DNA of 59,741 nt, from positions 25,750 through 85,490 of the forward strand of contig CAYVIT010000002.1 in the NCBI GenBank assembly GCA_964451425.1, read 5' to 3'. Below are positions 56,432 through 59,741 of the stretch, piece by piece (position 1 is the stretch's first letter; each line of letters starts with the position of its first letter). This stretch comes from an uncultured Pirellulales bacterium. Its GTDB lineage: Bacteria > Planctomycetota > Phycisphaerae > Sedimentisphaerales > Anaerobacaceae. The notes beneath the pieces were generated by a model that saw nothing but the letters and a program-made list of their open reading frames with translations, was not told the origin of the DNA and made no database searches. Both the position numbers and the translations under genes were made by a program.

Positions 56432-57001
56432 TTAGCGTTTTCTTCTCAATCCCGATAGAATCGGGACACCCAAGCCCAGCAGCAAGAACGTTGCTGGTTC
56501 GGGGATTGGGTGCTGAGCCATCGTAAAGTCGAACAGGCCGACGGTTGGAATGTTGATATCGACCTGCAGGGTAACTAACTCACCGTTGAGCACTGGCATT
56601 GGTGAATAAAAATGCAGTACTTTAAAATCTTCTGAAAACGAATATGTACCGAACTTAGTACTACCGGCCGTTCCGTCAACAAAAGTGCTATTGCCTATTA
56701 ACTCCAGATCATAACCGGTCCAGGTTTCTCCTGTGGTATTTGTGATGGTCTTAATGAGTGTAAAAGTCGGGTCTGAATCAGTTACACCACTTATCTCGAC
56801 TTGGTCACCTTCTGAAGAGGGCGATGAAAAAAGTCTCTCCGTAATTGTCAACTGGCTGTTTACCAAATCGTAGTCCCATTGGTGATCATACCCATAAAGG
56901 TCGTCGGGGAAATAGCAGTCAAAACTGATAATACCCGCCTGAGCAATACTACAAGCGCAGATTACCGCCACCATACCGAGAACAAATGTCATTTCTCTCA
57001 T
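56432..57001 (-). CDS. PEP-CTERM sorting-domain protein
   Basis: Signal peptide ending SIAQA and a C-terminal IPEPATFLLLGLGVPILSGLRRKR. GAGGAG lies 6 nt before the ATG at 57001. Confidence 0.8.
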   Translation of the reverse strand: MREMTFVLGMVAVICACSIAQAGIISFDCYFPDDLYGYDHQWDYDLVNSQLTITERLFSSPSSEGDQVEISGVTDSDPTFTLIKTITNTTGETWTGYDLELIGNSTFVDGTAGSTKFGTYSFSEDFKVLHFYSPMPVLNGELVTLQVDINIPTVGLFDFTMAQHPIPEPATFLLLGLGVPILSGLRRKR

Positions 57002-57077
57002 GATATACTCCTCTACATTATTCCAACACCTTAAATCTCGAACTTCCCTGTGCCTACACATCAAAAGCTATTAATAG

Positions 57078-57107
57078 ATTATACACCTTTGAGCATATAT
57101 CAGTCAA
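57078..57107 (-). promoter_or_regulatory. sigma-70 type promoter
   Basis: The minus strand reads TTGACT - 18 nt - TATAAT. Confidence 0.45.
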
Positions 57108-57207
57108 GAGATTTTCCCCAGGATATCGCATAATATACGGTTTTCATACAAAATAACGTTATTTTTTGGCTAAAATGGGGTTTATAAGAGTTTTTTAAAA
57201 AAAAGGG

Positions 57208-58071
57208 TTAGCGTTTCCTTCTCAATCCCGATAGAATCGGGACACCCAAGCCAAGCAGTAAGAGCGTGGACGGTTCGGGGACAAGCAATATAGAGGCATT
57301 GTCGTGGACGTAAAAACGGTTATTGATTGGGTCTCCATTAGCCAGCATACCGGTCAATATACCTGTTGAGTTCGTTATTCCACCATAGCCATAGTTGAAA
57401 TTGCTCCCGTGTATAGTTACGACACTTTGCTCATAAACATCGAGTATATCCCCTATCGTCCCGCCGAAGATACTAAGCTGGCTGTTACCGTGGGTTATAA
57501 TGTCGTCTTCAAACGACCCGCTATAGATAGTAACTTGGCTGTAGTGCGAAGTCTCTACGGAATGCCCTACCGAGACGTTAGTGATGGTAACTTGACTATA
57601 GTCTTGAATGCTCATCCCCACTGGGTCCATCCCATATGGACCTATCGAAGCGTTTGAAATTGACGCTTGCGTATAATCTTCACTTTGGAATTTACCAATC
57701 GACCCGCCTGTGATGGTAGTTTGGCTGTTACCCCTTACCCTAAAAGTCTGTCCTGCCTTACCGCTCGAAAAAGAAACTCGGCTATCATCGTACGCATAAA
57801 AATCACCAAATATACTTCCTCCAGCAATGTCAACATGGCTGGTATCCCAAACTTCCATATAAGAAGTTACTGACCCATTAGGGAGCAAATTTACAGTAGT
57901 TGGAACATTGCTGGAATTATTCTTGACGCGAACATCGTCGTTTATTACGAAGTCAATGTCGTGCTCGCCTCCAAAATCATAAACAACCGTAGCAATAGTT
58001 TCGGGCAGCCCCAAAAAGTATGCCGCGCAGAAAGCCAACATCACCCAAATTGTTAAACTTTTGATTTTCAT
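57208..58071 (-). CDS. PEP-CTERM sorting-domain protein with ~19-aa beta-helix-like repeats
   Basis: It has a signal peptide and about eight repeats of the type (D/G)xSQVTIxGGSIG. The C-terminus is VPEPSTLLLLGLGVPILSGLRRKR. AAGGAG precedes the ATG at 58071. Confidence 0.8.
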   Translation of the reverse strand: MKIKSLTIWVMLAFCAAYFLGLPETIATVVYDFGGEHDIDFVINDDVRVKNNSSNVPTTVNLLPNGSVTSYMEVWDTSHVDIAGGSIFGDFYAYDDSRVSFSSGKAGQTFRVRGNSQTTITGGSIGKFQSEDYTQASISNASIGPYGMDPVGMSIQDYSQVTITNVSVGHSVETSHYSQVTIYSGSFEDDIITHGNSQLSIFGGTIGDILDVYEQSVVTIHGSNFNYGYGGITNSTGILTGMLANGDPINNRFYVHDNASILLVPEPSTLLLLGLGVPILSGLRRKR

Positions 58072-58149
58072 TTTCTTCTCCTTAAAAAGTGATTGATATT
58101 TTCTCCGGGTTCCGTCCCGCTTGTTCTTCTCCATCAATGAAGTATCACA

Positions 58150-58177
58150 ATTATATGCTCACGTTGCTGTAAAGCAA
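58150..58177 (-). promoter_or_regulatory. sigma-70 type promoter
   Basis: The minus strand reads TTGCTT - 16 nt - TATAAT. Confidence 0.45.
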
Positions 58178-58356
58178 GAAAAAAATGGGCTAATAAAGAG
58201 TGCAATTTGTTGTCCAAAATGCGATTTTACAGTAAAATAAAGGGTAAATGTTATAATCGGGACGACCGGTTAGCTACCGACCAAGCGGTTTGGGGTTGAT
58301 GTTGCACACCTGTCCGGCATTAACTCCAGACCGACCCGAAAAGGACAGGTGAAAGT

Positions 58357-59517
58357 ATGACATTTCTCAAAGAATTTGAAAAAAATGTCGAGGTGGTTGT
58401 CGAGGGATTGGAAAAACTTGTTGAGATAATAGAACACCAGTTTATCGTTGAAGATGTAAACACAAAAGAGATAAAGGGCATTACTCTGAAGACCAGTCTG
58501 CTAAAGGGCTTAAAAGAGAACGCAGCTTCTGATGTTTCTGTCAATCTGTATCTGACCTCTTGTCTTTGGAAAAGGGCCTTCAGCGAAATACTGATGTGGC
58601 TAACTCGGTATATGCCGCAATTTAAGAGTAAAATCGAGAAGCAATACTCCGACATCATAAAACAGGTAAATGCAATTCTCCTCGTTCGGCAAGATTTGCA
58701 GGAGTCTGGGCTACTCGATTTGCAAAACAAAATAGGAAAACTGGCAGACGATTTACGTTATTGCGCAAAAATGGCCAAAGAAGAATTAAAGCCAGCAGGA
58801 AAAGGGCCGGGAGCCAGCGACAAGGTTGGGGACAAAAAGAAGCGAAAGAAAACACCACCACAGCTTCTCAAAGAAACACGTGAGCGACAAGCAGCCAAAG
58901 AGTTGGCAAAAAACCCTAACATAACGGCTGAAAAACTTGGCAAGATTCTCGACTGCGATAAATCAACAATAGTCCGCCTGGAAGCTTTATCAGAAAAAAT
59001 TCAGCAGTATCTCAAAGGTGAAGGCGTACCTGATAAGCCAATGACTCTGTCTAATATGAAAGGCAGACTCCAATTGACCGACAATGGTCTTGAAGCTGTA
59101 CCCGACCTTGATTATGAAGTAGCATACAAGAAAGCAATTGATGAGGCCTTAGAAATCAAACGAGAATGTTATGGGCTTGAGAAATTACCGGCTTTAGAAC
59201 TCGAACCAGTCAATGGGTTAAAATATTTGTTGGAATGGTGTGCGGACTCGATAGGTAAAATAACCGCAGAAACAGAGAACAAGCAACCCAGCGGCGAGGC
59301 GGGGGACAAAAAGCCAGCGGGAATGGAGCAGGAACAGTTACCCAAAAAGAAGAGTTGGAGTAAGGAGATAATTGGCTTGGTATTCAAGAAAACATCACAT
59401 CTTGTCTTTAAAATTATTGTCGGTGTTATTGTAACTGTTATTGGCGCTTTTGTTTTGTATATTTTGGTGGAGATTGGATTGTTCGAGCGAATTAAAAACT
59501 TACTTACGACCAAGTAA
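58357..59517 (+). CDS. hypothetical Lys/Glu-rich protein with HTH-like segment and C-terminal TM anchor
   Basis: 386-aa ATG-initiated ORF. ITAEKLGKILDCDKSTIVRLE looks like an HTH. The C-terminal VFKIIVGVIVTVIGAFVLYILVEIGL is a TM segment. No family recognised. Confidence 0.5.
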   Translation: MTFLKEFEKNVEVVVEGLEKLVEIIEHQFIVEDVNTKEIKGITLKTSLLKGLKENAASDVSVNLYLTSCLWKRAFSEILMWLTRYMPQFKSKIEKQYSDIIKQVNAILLVRQDLQESGLLDLQNKIGKLADDLRYCAKMAKEELKPAGKGPGASDKVGDKKKRKKTPPQLLKETRERQAAKELAKNPNITAEKLGKILDCDKSTIVRLEALSEKIQQYLKGEGVPDKPMTLSNMKGRLQLTDNGLEAVPDLDYEVAYKKAIDEALEIKRECYGLEKLPALELEPVNGLKYLLEWCADSIGKITAETENKQPSGEAGDKKPAGMEQEQLPKKKSWSKEIIGLVFKKTSHLVFKIIVGVIVTVIGAFVLYILVEIGLFERIKNLLTTK

Positions 59518-59741
59518 AGTTTGTTTTGTCAGTCGGTAGCAAATTTAGGCATGAATTATGAAAGTGGAACAGTAGAGCAGTAGACCGCAGGTTAGTAGAG
59601 AAGGTTTTTATGTTACTCTACTTTCACCTTTCTACTGTTCACCTGCTCTTTTTTTGCCTTTGGCAAAAAATAGCTCCAAGGGAACTCGCCTTCGGCGGGC
59701 AAGTTCGAACTTTATCCGCCGTAGGCGGAACGCAATACGAA

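Noticed and set aside
59650-59670. TTTTTTGCC-ttt-GGCAAAAAA considered as an intrinsic terminator
   Set aside because: The A and T runs form the stem rather than trailing it, and only 3 G-C pairs are present. It does not fit a canonical terminator.

Overview
This is a chromosomal window with moderate GC by eye. It probably comes from an anaerobic PVC-type bacterium, possibly a Planctomycetota/Phycisphaerae-like lineage. That guess rests only on gene content: four PEP-CTERM proteins, many Tat-exported oxidoreductases, a PPi-type phosphofructokinase, a rubrerythrin-like protein, a dockerin-like module and an Hc1-type histone-like protein. Housekeeping genes I recognise with confidence are tyrS, tatA, tatC, lexA-umuD-umuC, arfB, addB-addA, ftsY, dnaA, gdhA, tRNA-Val(TAC) and tRNA-Ala(CGC). 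The most unusual content is a co-directional minus-strand cluster at 4979-15916. It sits behind a perfect consensus promoter and encodes, in order: a membrane-anchored unknown protein, a Tat-signal DUF362 protein, a secreted TIM-barrel glycosidase-like protein, a NapH/NosR-like membrane polyferredoxin, and four tandem Tat-signal aldo/keto reductase paralogs. Each of the four paralogs ends in a Cys-rich tail (CX3CX2CX3C...CP). Together these look like an uncharacterised extracytoplasmic redox system. The paralog array is mosaic and shows recent segmental duplication or gene conversion. Other notable items:
- An 82-nt repeat with terminal inverted repeats, present as two full copies and two solo arms; one full copy lies inside the lexA leader.
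- Two duplicated PEP-CTERM gene cassettes with conserved promoters and a palindromic leader.
- A 57-aa Hc1-like ORF that the ORF track misses.
- A TatC with a greatly enlarged first extracytoplasmic loop.
I saw no CRISPR array, transposase or integrase. All family assignments come from motif recognition by eye and need HMM confirmation.
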